Assembly: GCA_038897215.1 (NCBI GenBank)
Contig: JAWAWX010000001.1
Location: forward strand, 736,001-800,000
From: Acidilobaceae archaeon
Lineage (GTDB): Archaea; Thermoproteota; Thermoprotei_A; Sulfolobales; Acidilobaceae
Direction: 5' to 3'
Length of the DNA: 64,000 nt
Made by a program: the position numbers and the translations under genes. Position 1 is the stretch's first letter. Every line of letters starts with the position of its first letter. Shown one piece after another: positions 1 through 9,435 of this stretch. The notes under the pieces are model-generated. The model worked only from the letters and a program-made list of their open reading frames with translations. It ran no database searches and was not told where the DNA came from.

Positions 1-1329
1 TCTCGAACTCGACCTAGCTCTCCAATACTCGCCCTCTATCAGCACGAAGCCCTCCTTTTCCGGCGTGATCTCGTCTAGAGCTATCCCCGTTGTTCCCCGA
101 ATATCGCCCACGGCTGGTCTACGCTTTTGGGCCTTCACTACCTTATAGATCACGAAAGCAGCCACCAGGCCTGCAATTACTCCTATCGATACGAGAGTAG
201 CGACTAGTTGAGATATGTAGGCTCTCGAGATCACGAAGTCTGGCGTTATCGGAGCGAGCGCCGCCCCTATAGACATCATTATCACTCCGATCACACCCAT
301 TAGACCGAAGCCTGGAGTTAAGAGTTCGGCAATGAAGAGAATAGCCCCAATAGCTACGAGAGTCACAGCGACTACGTTTGGATTGAAGCCATAGCCGAGT
401 AGCCCGAGGAGGATCAGAGCAACCCCTAGAGCTATCCCTACGGGGTTGCTGTTAACTATGCTAAATATCAGAGCCAGCGTGCCCACACTGAGTAGCACAC
501 CTGAGAGAAGAGGGTCTGAAAGAACCTTAAGTAAAGTCTCGGAGGGGCTTAGACCGACCTCCTCTACGCTCTCCCCTGCTTGTATTCTCACGATGCGACC
601 ATCATACAGTCTTACCTTGAGACCGTTGATTTGCCTCAATAGCTCTTCTCTATCTTTTGCTGTAAACTCTACGACGCCGAGAGCTAGAGCCTCGTAGGCT
701 CCGTAGTTAGCATTCACTAAAACCATTTTAACTAAGGCGGTGGCATTACGCCCCTTAGATGCAGCGTGTTCACATAGAGTCTTTATGATCGGGTTTATGA
801 TCTTCGTGTCGTTGACGGGAACGTATCCACGCGCTGGATCGAGTACTACCGGCTGAAGCGAGCCTGTTATAGTTCCAGGAGCTAGAGCGGCTACGTGACC
901 AGACACTAAGATCAGGCTTCCAGCGCTCTCAACCCACTTGCCTACACCATAGGTGACTACCGGGACCCGGGCTTTGCTTATCGCTGACACTATGGAGAGA
1001 GTGGGGTCTAGTAGCCCTCCAGGGGTCTCTAGCTCTATTACGAGCACGGCTGATTTGCTCTCAGCTAGCGCTATTGCTCTCTCAACGTATCTTCGAGTCC
1101 ACTCACCTATGACTCCCTCAATAGTGATCACTATCACGTGAGGCCCGACTAGTCCATCGGGCTCTAGCTCATCTTCCACAATGCCCATTCTCTTAGTGAG
1201 AGGACCGCAATACTTGAGACCTAGGTCGTTTTCCACTCTCTCTGACAGAGTCTCGGTAGCATGAGTCTGTAGGAGTGCCGGTGTAAGTGCGAGAATGAGG
1301 ATTAAAGCTACTAGCTGAGAGCCTCTCAC
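1..1329 (-). CDS. nfeD: NfeD family membrane-bound ClpP-class serine protease (3' end runs off the window)
   Basis: Manually translated from GTG at 1329: signal peptide, ELETPGG, ESAGSLILVSGHVAALAPGT, TM region, OB-fold GFVLIEGEYWRARS; directly downstream of stomatin. Missing from the ORF track. Confidence 0.9.
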   Translation of the reverse strand, partial: MRGSQLVALILILALTPALLQTHATETLSERVENDLGLKYCGPLTKRMGIVEDELEPDGLVGPHVIVITIEGVIGEWTRRYVERAIALAESKSAVLVIELETPGGLLDPTLSIVSAISKARVPVVTYGVGKWVESAGSLILVSGHVAALAPGTITGSLQPVVLDPARGYVPVNDTKIINPIIKTLCEHAASKGRNATALVKMVLVNANYGAYEALALGVVEFTAKDREELLRQINGLKVRLYDGRIVRIQAGESVEEVGLSPSETLLKVLSDPLLSGVLLSVGTLALIFSIVNSNPVGIALGVALILLGLLGYGFNPNVVAVTLVAIGAILFIAELLTPGFGLMGVIGVIMMSIGAALAPITPDFVISRAYISQLVATLVSIGVIAGLVAAFVIYKVVKAQKRRPAVGDIRGTTGIALDEITPEKEGFVLIEGEYWRARSSSR

Positions 1330-1343
1330 AGCTCTCTTAGCCT

Positions 1344-2165
1344 CTACGCTTCGCCCCTCTTCTCCTCGGCAGCGTACGTCTGTGCCTTCGAGAGAGCTAT
1401 CTCCAGCCCGGCTACGGTTCCGAGAACTCCTGAAGGCGCGATCACTATCATGTTCTTCTCTCTAGCGATCTCAACTAGAGTCTGGAGTTCTCTAAGCCTC
1501 ACGGCTACAGGGTGCTCCTCGTAGATTCTCGCTGCTTCCGCCATTATCGCTGCAGCCTGCTTCTCGCCCTCGGCCTCTATAACTCTAGCTCTCCTCCACC
1601 GCTCTGCTTCAGCCTGCTTAGCCATAGCTCTAAGCATCCCCTCAGGTAGCCTCACCTCCTTCAGCGTGACAGACACGACCTTGATACCCCATGGGTCTGT
1701 TAGGATGTCTAGCGTCTCCTGGAGCCTCCTGTTGACCTCTTCTCTCTTAGTCAATAGGTCGTCTAGCTCGAGCTGGCCGACTATGTCTCTGAGAGAGGTC
1801 TGAGCTAGCATCATTATAGCGTAGTGGTAGTTCTCGATCTTCGTGACCGCCTTGTCCGGCTCAACTACTCTATAGTAGACGACTGCGTCCACACCAACGG
1901 TTACGTTGTCTCTAGTTATGACTCTCTGCTCCGGCACATCGACAGCAACTATTCTCAGGTCAACTTTAACAGCTGTATCAACGATCGGTATTAAGACGAC
2001 TAACCCGGGCCCTTTCGTGCCCAGAAGCCTTCCTAACCTGAAGACCACTAGACGCTCATACTCTCTCACTACCCTAATGCTATAAGTTGCTATGAGTATG
2101 GCGAGCACTATAAGTAACACTATCAAGAATCCCAGGGTCTCGGCTAACACCAAGTCGCTCACCAC
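1344..2165 (-). CDS. SPFH/band-7 stomatin-like protein
   Basis: N-terminal TM, YERLVVFRLGR, ITRDNVTV, AEAERWRRARVIEAEGE; paired with nfeD. Confidence 0.95.
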   Translation of the reverse strand: MVSDLVLAETLGFLIVLLIVLAILIATYSIRVVREYERLVVFRLGRLLGTKGPGLVVLIPIVDTAVKVDLRIVAVDVPEQRVITRDNVTVGVDAVVYYRVVEPDKAVTKIENYHYAIMMLAQTSLRDIVGQLELDDLLTKREEVNRRLQETLDILTDPWGIKVVSVTLKEVRLPEGMLRAMAKQAEAERWRRARVIEAEGEKQAAAIMAEAARIYEEHPVAVRLRELQTLVEIAREKNMIVIAPSGVLGTVAGLEIALSKAQTYAAEEKRGEA

Positions 2166-2221
2166 TATTTCTAGACAGTTCTGGAGCTATTTCTATCTTA
2201 TTATACAGTCGGTTGTAGCAC

Positions 2222-2686
2222 TTAGGCGTGATGCTCGGAGCTGTCGTAGCTCTCGAGGAATTCCGTGAGCGATTTACTCTTAGGCTCTATGCGCTCCAGC
2301 AGGTCTCTCAGTCTCACTCCTTTCTTGAGATCTTTTAGCTTGAAGTTCCCGCCTTTCGTTATCTCTAGGTCGCCTACATCGTGTATTCTCCACTCCCCTC
2401 CCGGAAGTCTGATAGCGATAAACGCCTCTCCTCCCGCTCTCTTAGCCCACTCCTGGAGGCCCAGCACTTGGCTCGATTCTATGTAGAGAGCGGTCTCGTC
2501 TCTAGAGCATCTCTTAATCTCGAAGACTAGAATCTTCCCGTTCTTAGCAGCCACTAGGTCTGGCTGGAATCTCCTCCTAACGCCGCTTCCGCTCGCAGGT
2601 CCTCTGACTACAGCGAAGCCAAGACTCCACAAGATATTGGCTAGCTCGTTCTCAGCCTCGTAGGACCTCCTCTTGCGCGAGGACAA
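2222..2686 (-). CDS. hjc: Archaeal Holliday junction resolvase Hjc
   Basis: E-x-EL, GFAVVRGPASG, PDLVA, FEIK nuclease motifs; C-terminal PIP-like SKSLTEFL. Confidence 0.9.
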   Translation of the reverse strand: MSSRKRRSYEAENELANILWSLGFAVVRGPASGSGVRRRFQPDLVAAKNGKILVFEIKRCSRDETALYIESSQVLGLQEWAKRAGGEAFIAIRLPGGEWRIHDVGDLEITKGGNFKLKDLKKGVRLRDLLERIEPKSKSLTEFLESYDSSEHHA

Positions 2687-2750
2687 GAGCGCCCCTGGGA
2701 TAGTGGCTTACTAAACGTGAAGCTCTTAAAGCTACAACCTGGCTGGAGGA

Positions 2751-4028
2751 ATGAGGCGGACTGCCTTGAGTCTCGAGGACTCCCTAGATTTTGCTGTAAG
2801 AGCGCTGACTAGACTGATATCGATCCCCACTGTAGCCCCTTCTGGAGAGCACTATGAAGAAGCAGCAGAGACTCTAGCTAGGTACCTAGAGGAGCTGAAG
2901 TTCGAGACAACAGTTGAGAGAGTTCCCTCAGACTATCAGGAGACTAGATGTAGAGGAGCTGGAACAAACCCTAGATTCATTGTGTTCGGTTGGAGAGGAG
3001 ATGAGAGCCTGCCTGTTCTCCACTTCAACGGCCACTACGACGTAGTCCCTGGAGGCCCGGGCTGGACTATCACCGACCCATTCAAGCCCCTGGTTAGAGA
3101 CGGGAGAGTCTACGGTAGAGGAGCGGTCGACATGAAGGGCGGCATAGCGGCTCTCCTGGGGGGCTTGAAGCACGCAGAGCTAGAGAGACTAGAGGGTAGG
3201 CTGAGAGTAGAGGTTGCATTTGTTCCAGACGAGGAGATCGGGGGAGCTTGCGGTACTGGCTATCTCGTCGAGAGAATGCTTAGGAGAGTTCCCGACTTCG
3301 TCTTCATACCCGAGCCTAGCGGTCTTACAACCCCCTGGATCGGGCATCGGGGAGTCCTCTGGCTCACAGTCAAAGTGCTGGGAAGAGCTGCTCACGGTAG
3401 CACTCCCTGGCTTGGAGTCAACGCGTTCCTCCTAGCAGCGCAGCTCGCTCTAGGGCTACACGAGACTCTAACGTCTCTATACTCGTCTAGAAAGTCGTCC
3501 TACAAGATAGTGCCGCCCGAGGCATCTAGGCCTACAGCGATGATCGGAGGAATGGCTGGAGTAGTTGGGGGAGGTAAGACCAACCAGGTTCCGGGCGAGT
3601 TCGCTTTTAGCATCGATAGGAGGCTGATACCAGAGGAGAGAGTCTCAGAAGCTCTAGACGAGATCAAGAGCGTCCTAGCCTGGCTGAGCCAGAAGCTCAA
3701 TATAGCCTACGAGCTGACAGTAGACCAGGCTATGGAGCCGGCTATAAGCGATCCGTCTACACTACTAGAGGCTTTGAGGAGAGCGGCAGAGAAAGCAGGG
3801 ATCGCGGATCTAGACCCAGTCGTGTGCCCCGGAGGTCTCGACATGTGGTACTATACGACGAGAGGGTCTAAGGCAATAGCCTACGGGCCTGACTCCAAGC
3901 TAGCACACGCTCCCGACGAGAACATAGCGTTAGATGATTTAGAGAAACTAGTCAGAATCTACGCTGCTCTCCCCGAGATGCTAGCATTGGTCCTAGAGGA
4001 GTCGGCTACGCGTAGAGGCAAGACCTAG
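2751..4028 (+). CDS. M20 family metallopeptidase/deacylase (ArgE/DapE-like)
   Basis: NGHYDVVP, GRGAVDMKGG, PDEEIGG, AHAPDE motifs. Confidence 0.9.
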   Translation: MRRTALSLEDSLDFAVRALTRLISIPTVAPSGEHYEEAAETLARYLEELKFETTVERVPSDYQETRCRGAGTNPRFIVFGWRGDESLPVLHFNGHYDVVPGGPGWTITDPFKPLVRDGRVYGRGAVDMKGGIAALLGGLKHAELERLEGRLRVEVAFVPDEEIGGACGTGYLVERMLRRVPDFVFIPEPSGLTTPWIGHRGVLWLTVKVLGRAAHGSTPWLGVNAFLLAAQLALGLHETLTSLYSSRKSSYKIVPPEASRPTAMIGGMAGVVGGGKTNQVPGEFAFSIDRRLIPEERVSEALDEIKSVLAWLSQKLNIAYELTVDQAMEPAISDPSTLLEALRRAAEKAGIADLDPVVCPGGLDMWYYTTRGSKAIAYGPDSKLAHAPDENIALDDLEKLVRIYAALPEMLALVLEESATRRGKT

Positions 4029-4118
4029 AGTTCTCTCAACCACCACGCACGCAGGAGAGCACAACTGACTTCAATAACTAATTAAGCTCCGCTAGCTTTC
4101 CCGGGATTCTAGGAGTAG

Positions 4119-4228
4119 CCCGCCGTAGCTCAGCGGTAGAGCGCCCGGCTGTAGTGAGACGGGCGTGTAGAGCCCGGTGTCTCACAGACACCGGGTGGTC
4201 GGGGGTTCGAATCCCCCCGGCGGGACCA
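4119..4228 (+). tRNA. tRNA-Tyr(GTA) with 35-nt canonical 37/38 intron (4155-4189), CCA encoded
   Basis: Acceptor stem CCCGCCG/CGGCGGG, anticodon GTA at 4151-4153, bulge-helix-bulge CTGT/ACAG, TTCGAAT loop. Confidence 0.95.
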
Positions 4229-4231
4229 GCT

Positions 4232-5074
4232 CTACTCACTCTCCTTCTTGACTTCTCTCCTAGACGTGCTCGCAACGTATGCTATCGATACAGCGATCGC
4301 GATAGCAAGAGTGGCCAGGAAGACTAGCGATGCTAGAGCGTTGAGAGCATTAGGAGAGGCTAGCTCGTCTATCCCGGGTCTCCTAGCTCTAGCCCATATG
4401 AGTAATGGCAGTGTCTCGAAGCCCGGTCCTTTAGTGAACACGGTCTTCACGAAATTCGTGAAGCTTAGGATGAATGTCACGGCAAAAGCCGCTACTACTA
4501 CTGGCAGAGAGAGAGGTAGCGTTATCTTGACTAGCACCTGGTGCGGTCTAGCTCCTAGTGTTCTAGCAGCGTCCTCTAGGCTGGGGTGTCTTAGCCCACT
4601 AGCGCTGATCACTGTGTAGGCGAAGGCTACGTTGAAGGCCGTGTGTCCCAGCATGACTGTAAGCCATCCTAGCTCGATCTTGATGTAGATGTAGAAGAGG
4701 AAGAGAGCCACGGCTTCAGCTACCTCCGGCATGACTATGACTGGATAGACTATGTAGTCTAAGATTCTGACTCTACCCGGTCCTGTCGCAAGACCTGCTA
4801 GGAAGCCTAGAAGCACGCTGAGAGTAGCGCTAGCCATGGCTACAGTCACGCTATTGAAGAGAGCCTCTCTGAACCTGCTATCAGCTAAGACTAGCTGATA
4901 CCACTTGAGCGTGAAGCCTCTCCACTCTCCCATGAAGGGGTTCTCGTTGAAGCTGTGTATGAGCATAGCAGCGAGCGGAGCGTAGAGAGCTAGCACTACG
5001 ACTAGAGCATAGGCTCTCAAGAACCTCTTGTCAAGAAGACTCCCTAGAATCCTAGACGAGAAGCTAGACCCCAA
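4232..5074 (-). CDS. potC: Polyamine ABC transporter permease (PotC-like)
   Basis: GFTLKWY, EAA loop LEDAARTLGA; operon context. Confidence 0.85.
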   Translation of the reverse strand: MGSSFSSRILGSLLDKRFLRAYALVVVLALYAPLAAMLIHSFNENPFMGEWRGFTLKWYQLVLADSRFREALFNSVTVAMASATLSVLLGFLAGLATGPGRVRILDYIVYPVIVMPEVAEAVALFLFYIYIKIELGWLTVMLGHTAFNVAFAYTVISASGLRHPSLEDAARTLGARPHQVLVKITLPLSLPVVVAAFAVTFILSFTNFVKTVFTKGPGFETLPLLIWARARRPGIDELASPNALNALASLVFLATLAIAIAVSIAYVASTSRREVKKESE

Positions 5075-5843
5075 CTCTCTCAGCCGCTCTTCGAGTCAAG
5101 ACAGCTACGGTTACGCCCAGTGCTGTAGCTACTAGCGCGAGCGTCGCTCCCTCATTCCAGAGGTCTGCTTCGAGAAACAGTCGATATATCGCGACCCCTA
5201 CAGTCGCTCCCGTTACTCCTCCCAAGAGAGATGGTATCACTATCTCCGTGTAGCTCATCAAGAAGACGAGTAGAGAGCCTACAGCTACTCCGGGAGCGCT
5301 TAGAGGTAGCACGACTCTAGCTAGAACCTGGTGTGGCCTAGCTCCCAGCGTTCTAGCAGCATCTAAGACGTTAGGCGGGACTCTCATCAATGATATCGCT
5401 AGAGGGATGAACATGAATGGCAAATAGTCGTACACCATGCCTATAATCATGGCTAGATAGCCTTCACGAATGCCGATAGAGTAGAGGAGAGTCCTGAGAG
5501 ACCACGTTCTCAGAAGAACATCGATCCAAAAAGGGGTCACTAACAGCACGACTAAGGCTATTCTCTCTAAGCCCCTACTGTAGAGGCCCACGTATAAAGC
5601 GACAGGGTATGCTACTAGGAGAGTGCAGATGGTAGTGATCAAGGCTACCTCTCCGCTAAAAGCGAGAACAGAGAGATAGGTGGGATTCGTGATCACATCG
5701 ATTGGCGTAAACAGCTTAGAGCCTTCTTGAACTCGGAAGACGGTATAGGCTAAGACTACAAGCGGAGTGTAGAAGAAGAGGAGTAGGAAGAGTGCTAGGG
5801 GGACTCCAAGTACTAGCGAGAGGTAGGCTTTGACGCTCTTCAC
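5064..5843 (-). CDS. potB: Polyamine ABC transporter permease (PotB-like)
   Basis: PFWIDVLLR, YLPFM, LDAARTLGA motifs. Confidence 0.85.
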   Translation of the reverse strand: MKSVKAYLSLVLGVPLALFLLLFFYTPLVVLAYTVFRVQEGSKLFTPIDVITNPTYLSVLAFSGEVALITTICTLLVAYPVALYVGLYSRGLERIALVVLLVTPFWIDVLLRTWSLRTLLYSIGIREGYLAMIIGMVYDYLPFMFIPLAISLMRVPPNVLDAARTLGARPHQVLARVVLPLSAPGVAVGSLLVFLMSYTEIVIPSLLGGVTGATVGVAIYRLFLEADLWNEGATLALVATALGVTVAVLTRRAAERVGV

Positions 5844-6853
5844 GAGCTAGCACCAAACACCTTCAGCTTATCTTTCTTCAAGCCCAGCGTGATAGTCTCA
5901 CCTAGAGAGATCCTATTCCTGTAGAACTCAGCCTTAGTAGTCACTGCTTTCACTAGAACTCCATCTACCCTCACGTCTATCCGAACGAGCGGTCCCTGGA
6001 ATAAGAGGTCGTCCACGACTCCGGAAAGCTTTATGTCGACTTCTTCAAGAGGATTGATCAAGATGTCTTCTGGTCTCACTCCTACAGACTCAGAGCCATC
6101 TACTCCTAGAAGTCTACCAGGTAGTATGTTTAAGTCACCGAAGAATGACGCTACTCTAAGGTCTGAGGGGTACTCGTAGACTTCTGAGGGGCTTCCATAC
6201 TGTACTATCTCGCCATCCATCATCACTGCTATGAGATCGCTGACGAGCATCGCCTCTGTCTGGTCGTGAGTCACGTATATTGTTGTGACTCCTAGCCTTC
6301 TCTGAAGTCTCCTAAGCTCCTCGAGGAGTCTCTGTTTTATCTTGTAGTCTAGGTGAGATAGAGGCTCGTCTAGAAGCAATACTCGAGGCTCTAGGACTAG
6401 AGCTCTGGCTAGAGCAACTCTCTGTTGTTGCCCCCCGCTCAGCTGATTCACTCTTCTCGAAGCGAATACTCGAGGCTCTAAGCCTACGAGCTCCATGACC
6501 TCGAATACTCTCCTCCTCACATACTCCTCTCTTTCCCCCCTAACCCTCAAGCCGAAGGCTATGTTCTCAAAGACATTCATGTGAGGAAATAGTGCTAGGT
6601 CCTGGAAGACCATCCCTATGTTTCTCTCCTCTGGAGGGGTTTCAGTATAGTCTTCTCCGTCAAAGTACACTTTACCTCTCTTCACTTCAACGAGACCTGC
6701 TATCACTCTCAGCAACGTAGTCTTACCGCATCCGCTAGGACCTATTACTGAGACTATGGAGCCTCTCGGTATCTCTATTGAGACTCCACGTAGAGCATAG
6801 TAGTCTCCGTAGGCTACCCACACCTTCTCTAAGTCTACGCGAGCACCGCCCAC
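5840..6853 (-). CDS. potA: Polyamine ABC transporter ATPase (PotA-like)
   Basis: GPSGCGKTT, LSGGQQQRVALAR, LLLDEP, TOBE-like tail. Confidence 0.9.
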   Translation of the reverse strand: MGGARVDLEKVWVAYGDYYALRGVSIEIPRGSIVSVIGPSGCGKTTLLRVIAGLVEVKRGKVYFDGEDYTETPPEERNIGMVFQDLALFPHMNVFENIAFGLRVRGEREEYVRRRVFEVMELVGLEPRVFASRRVNQLSGGQQQRVALARALVLEPRVLLLDEPLSHLDYKIKQRLLEELRRLQRRLGVTTIYVTHDQTEAMLVSDLIAVMMDGEIVQYGSPSEVYEYPSDLRVASFFGDLNILPGRLLGVDGSESVGVRPEDILINPLEEVDIKLSGVVDDLLFQGPLVRIDVRVDGVLVKAVTTKAEFYRNRISLGETITLGLKKDKLKVFGASS

Positions 6854-8091
6854 CTCATCTTCTCCCCTATGAGTTCTAACTCTGACTGCTTACGCCTCCT
6901 TAGTAGCACGATTATGGATGCTATCGCTACTAAAGCTAACACTGCTATTGCGAGATAGAGTCCTAGAGGTCTCCCAGCCTGGACCTCCATCATTACTCTA
7001 GTCACTGCTTCGAGCTTGCTCTCGTCTAGATAGGGGCTCATGATGAACTCGTATCCCTCTAGGTAGAGGAGTCCAGAGTCTATTAAGGAGAGAAGCTCGC
7101 TGTCTCCGACTTTAACAGCATAGCTTCTCAAGACCTCTCTATCTATTGGTGGCGGGTAGTAGGTGTACTTAGCGTTCCTGGCAGCTATGTCTGGTCTCAG
7201 GAGGAAGTTGATGAATAGATGAGCTTCCCCGACGTTTCTAGCATCTCTAGGTATGACCATGAAGTCTATCCATATATACAGGCCGTCCTCTGGTACTATG
7301 AAGTCCACTCTATCGCTCTCTGACATCATGAAGAGAACGTCGCCCGTCCAGGCTTGAGCTAGGCAGATCTCTCCAGCTATAAGCTTCTGCGTGATGTCGG
7401 TGACTCCCCAGAACCCTCTGAGATAGCCACGTATCTTCTTCAAGTGATCTATTACTTTGTCTATGACCTCTTTAGACCACGAGGCCTCATCGTTTATATC
7501 ATAGCCCAAGGCTATCATTGTGGCTTCGACTACATCTGTCCCCTCCGATAGGAGAACAACTCTGCCAGAGTACCTCTTGAGGTAATCGGGGCTCAAGAAC
7601 TCTCTCCAGCTTCTGGGAGGGTCTCTAACACAGTCCTTATTGTAAGCTATCACAGTAGCGCCCCAGCTATATGGGATAGAGTAGTCCATGTTCGGGTCGG
7701 CCGGGTATCCTCTCAGTCTCGGGTCTAGGTAAGCTAGATTCGGTATCTGATTCTTGTCGATCCTCTGTAGGAGACCTCTATCGATCGCTAGCTTTAGGTG
7801 AGTGTGTGCTAGCACGATTAGATCGTAGCCTCCTCCTCCGGCAATCAGCTTAGCCCACGCTTCTTCAGCGCTCTCGAACTCATCGTAGACAACCCGTATC
7901 CCGGTCTCTCTCTGGAAGATCTCCAGCACCTCGGGGTCTATGTACTGGCTGTAGTTGTAGACTCTTAGAACCCTTTCCTGAGCCGGAGCCGTGACAGTGA
8001 CATTCAGAACTAGGATGGCGAGGAGAAGCACGGGTACCAGATTCCTGAGCACTCCACCCCCAGCCCTCCGCGGCCGGTATCGCTCCCACAA
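6835..8091 (-). CDS. potD: Polyamine ABC substrate-binding protein (PotD/PotF-like) with C-terminal TM anchor
   Basis: LRVYNYSQYIDP, GGGGYDL, PYSWG, QAWTGD; signal peptide and C-terminal hydrophobic helix. Confidence 0.85.
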   Translation of the reverse strand: MWERYRPRRAGGGVLRNLVPVLLLAILVLNVTVTAPAQERVLRVYNYSQYIDPEVLEIFQRETGIRVVYDEFESAEEAWAKLIAGGGGYDLIVLAHTHLKLAIDRGLLQRIDKNQIPNLAYLDPRLRGYPADPNMDYSIPYSWGATVIAYNKDCVRDPPRSWREFLSPDYLKRYSGRVVLLSEGTDVVEATMIALGYDINDEASWSKEVIDKVIDHLKKIRGYLRGFWGVTDITQKLIAGEICLAQAWTGDVLFMMSESDRVDFIVPEDGLYIWIDFMVIPRDARNVGEAHLFINFLLRPDIAARNAKYTYYPPPIDREVLRSYAVKVGDSELLSLIDSGLLYLEGYEFIMSPYLDESKLEAVTRVMMEVQAGRPLGLYLAIAVLALVAIASIIVLLRRRKQSELELIGEKMRWAVLA

Positions 8092-8133
8092 CGTTGAGAC
8101 CTATAATAGGTTTCGAGATATACCTAGACACAA

Positions 8134-8447
8134 GGCCGCGGCCAGCGGCCGACGGGCTCTAAGCCCGAGGACACACCGCTCTCACCGCGCTCCCGGACCC
8201 CGCAAGGGGTGCGGGTGATACCCGCGGCTACGGCACAGAAACGAGACGGCCTCCGGCTATGTCGATGAAGCCGCGAGACCCTCTCGGCAACGAGAGGGTA
8301 GTAACCGGTGGAGGAAGCCGGGGGATGCGTTGAAACGGCCGACCCCGGGTGAGCAAGGCGGGGGGCTGTGAGGAGCGCGCGAGCCCTCCGAGAGACCGCT
8401 GAGTCGAATGCCGCTGGAGGTACTGAAAGCGGGTTATGGCCGCGGCC
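8134..8447 (+). ncRNA. rnpB: RNase P RNA (archaeal type A) with variant CR-I
   Basis: P1 GGCCGCGGCCA/TGGCCGCGGCC, P2, P3, P4 CCGCT/AGCGG, CR-II GGCACAGAAAC, CR-III TTGAAACGG, CR-IV GAGTCGAATG, CR-V ACTGAA..GGTTA. Confidence 0.93.
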
Positions 8448-8499
8448 GCTTAGCTTTAATAGGGGACAGGTGGTAGAGGGCTCGGTGGGTGCTGAGCGT

Positions 8500-8862
8500 A
8501 TGGTTGAGAGAGTGCCTCCGGAGGTTGAGGCTAAGTACACTAAGTACGTCAAGCTAAGAGACACCTTGGCTGCCGTGACCCAAGAGAGGACGGCTCTAGA
8601 AGCAGCTCTCTCCGAGCTCGACGAGGTGCTCGGCAGAGTCTCCGGGCTGCCTGATGACGCAGAGCTGTATAAGATAGTCGGGCACGTGATGGTGAGAGCC
8701 TCTAAGAGCAGTCTGCTCGATGAGCTGAAAAGCAGGAAGGAGGAGCTAGAGATAAAGCTGAAAGCAGTTAAGACTCAAGAGGAGTATCTGAGGAGAGAGG
8801 TCGATAGGCTAGCTGGAGAGCTGAGGGCGTTACTGAGTGGAAGAGCGGCGACCGGAGGGTAG
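8500..8862 (+). CDS. pfdB: Prefoldin beta subunit
   Basis: Coiled coil - LYKIVGHVMV hairpin - coiled coil; ATG at 8500 preferred because the longer ORF overlaps rnpB. Confidence 0.9.
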   Translation: MVERVPPEVEAKYTKYVKLRDTLAAVTQERTALEAALSELDEVLGRVSGLPDDAELYKIVGHVMVRASKSSLLDELKSRKEELEIKLKAVKTQEEYLRREVDRLAGELRALLSGRAATGG

Positions 8863-9145
8863 GAGTAGCAGCGAGGAGATTCTAGTAAACGCTCTTCTCG
8901 AAGCGGAGAAAGAGGCTAGACGCTTTCTAGAAGAAGCTCTAGGCAAGAGGTCAAGTAACGCCTACCTGGTCCTCAGGCTGGAGAAAAGGGGGGAGAGGAA
9001 GATATTAGTAGCGGAAGCTCGAGCAGAGTGGATCGCAGCTTCCAGAGAGGACTTGGAGAGAGTGGTTGACGAAGCTCTAGACAGAGCGTTCAGAGTATTC
9101 GAGGAGAAGACGGGGCTGAAGCCTCTTTGGCGAGAGCGAAGATGA
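8837..9145 (+). CDS. Conserved hypothetical protein (DUF3194-like)
   Basis: Size, helix-strands-helix pattern (VVDEALDRAF) and synteny with prefoldin beta/Pcc1. Confidence 0.5.
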   Translation: MEERRPEGRSSSEEILVNALLEAEKEARRFLEEALGKRSSNAYLVLRLEKRGERKILVAEARAEWIAASREDLERVVDEALDRAFRVFEEKTGLKPLWRERR

Positions 9146-9435
9146 AGCTCTGTCTAGGAGAGTACACTAGACCCGTGTATGAGAGCCTCCTAGCTGAGGC
9201 TTCACAACCAGCTCCCCCCAAGGCTAGAGTCTCGGTTGGCTTCGAGGAAGACTGCGTCTCTCTCCTAGTCGAGGCTGAGAGCTTGAGCAGACTTAGAGCA
9301 GTCCTGAACTCCTACGCTTACCTAGCTTACGCCATGTACTCAGCCCTAGCTGAGCTCAGGGGCTCTCGAGAAACTCAGATAGGTCTTGAGCCCTCTTCTC
9401 GCGCCTCTCGTAGGGAGTCTTCAGGAGAGCTTTGA
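9142..9435 (+). CDS. pcc1: KEOPS complex subunit Pcc1
   Basis: VYESLLAE and VEAESLSRLRAVLNSY; ATGA overlap with the upstream gene. Confidence 0.8.
   Translation: MKLCLGEYTRPVYESLLAEASQPAPPKARVSVGFEEDCVSLLVEAESLSRLRAVLNSYAYLAYAMYSALAELRGSRETQIGLEPSSRASRRESSGEL

Noticed and set aside
4078-4275. 65-aa ORF (likewise 38381-38671 and 59985-60191)
   Set aside because: Antisense to or overlapping tRNA genes
8124-8564. 146-aa minus-strand ORF and the N-terminal extension of prefoldin beta (8368-8499)
   Set aside because: Both overlap the RNase P RNA; artefacts of GC-rich structured RNA
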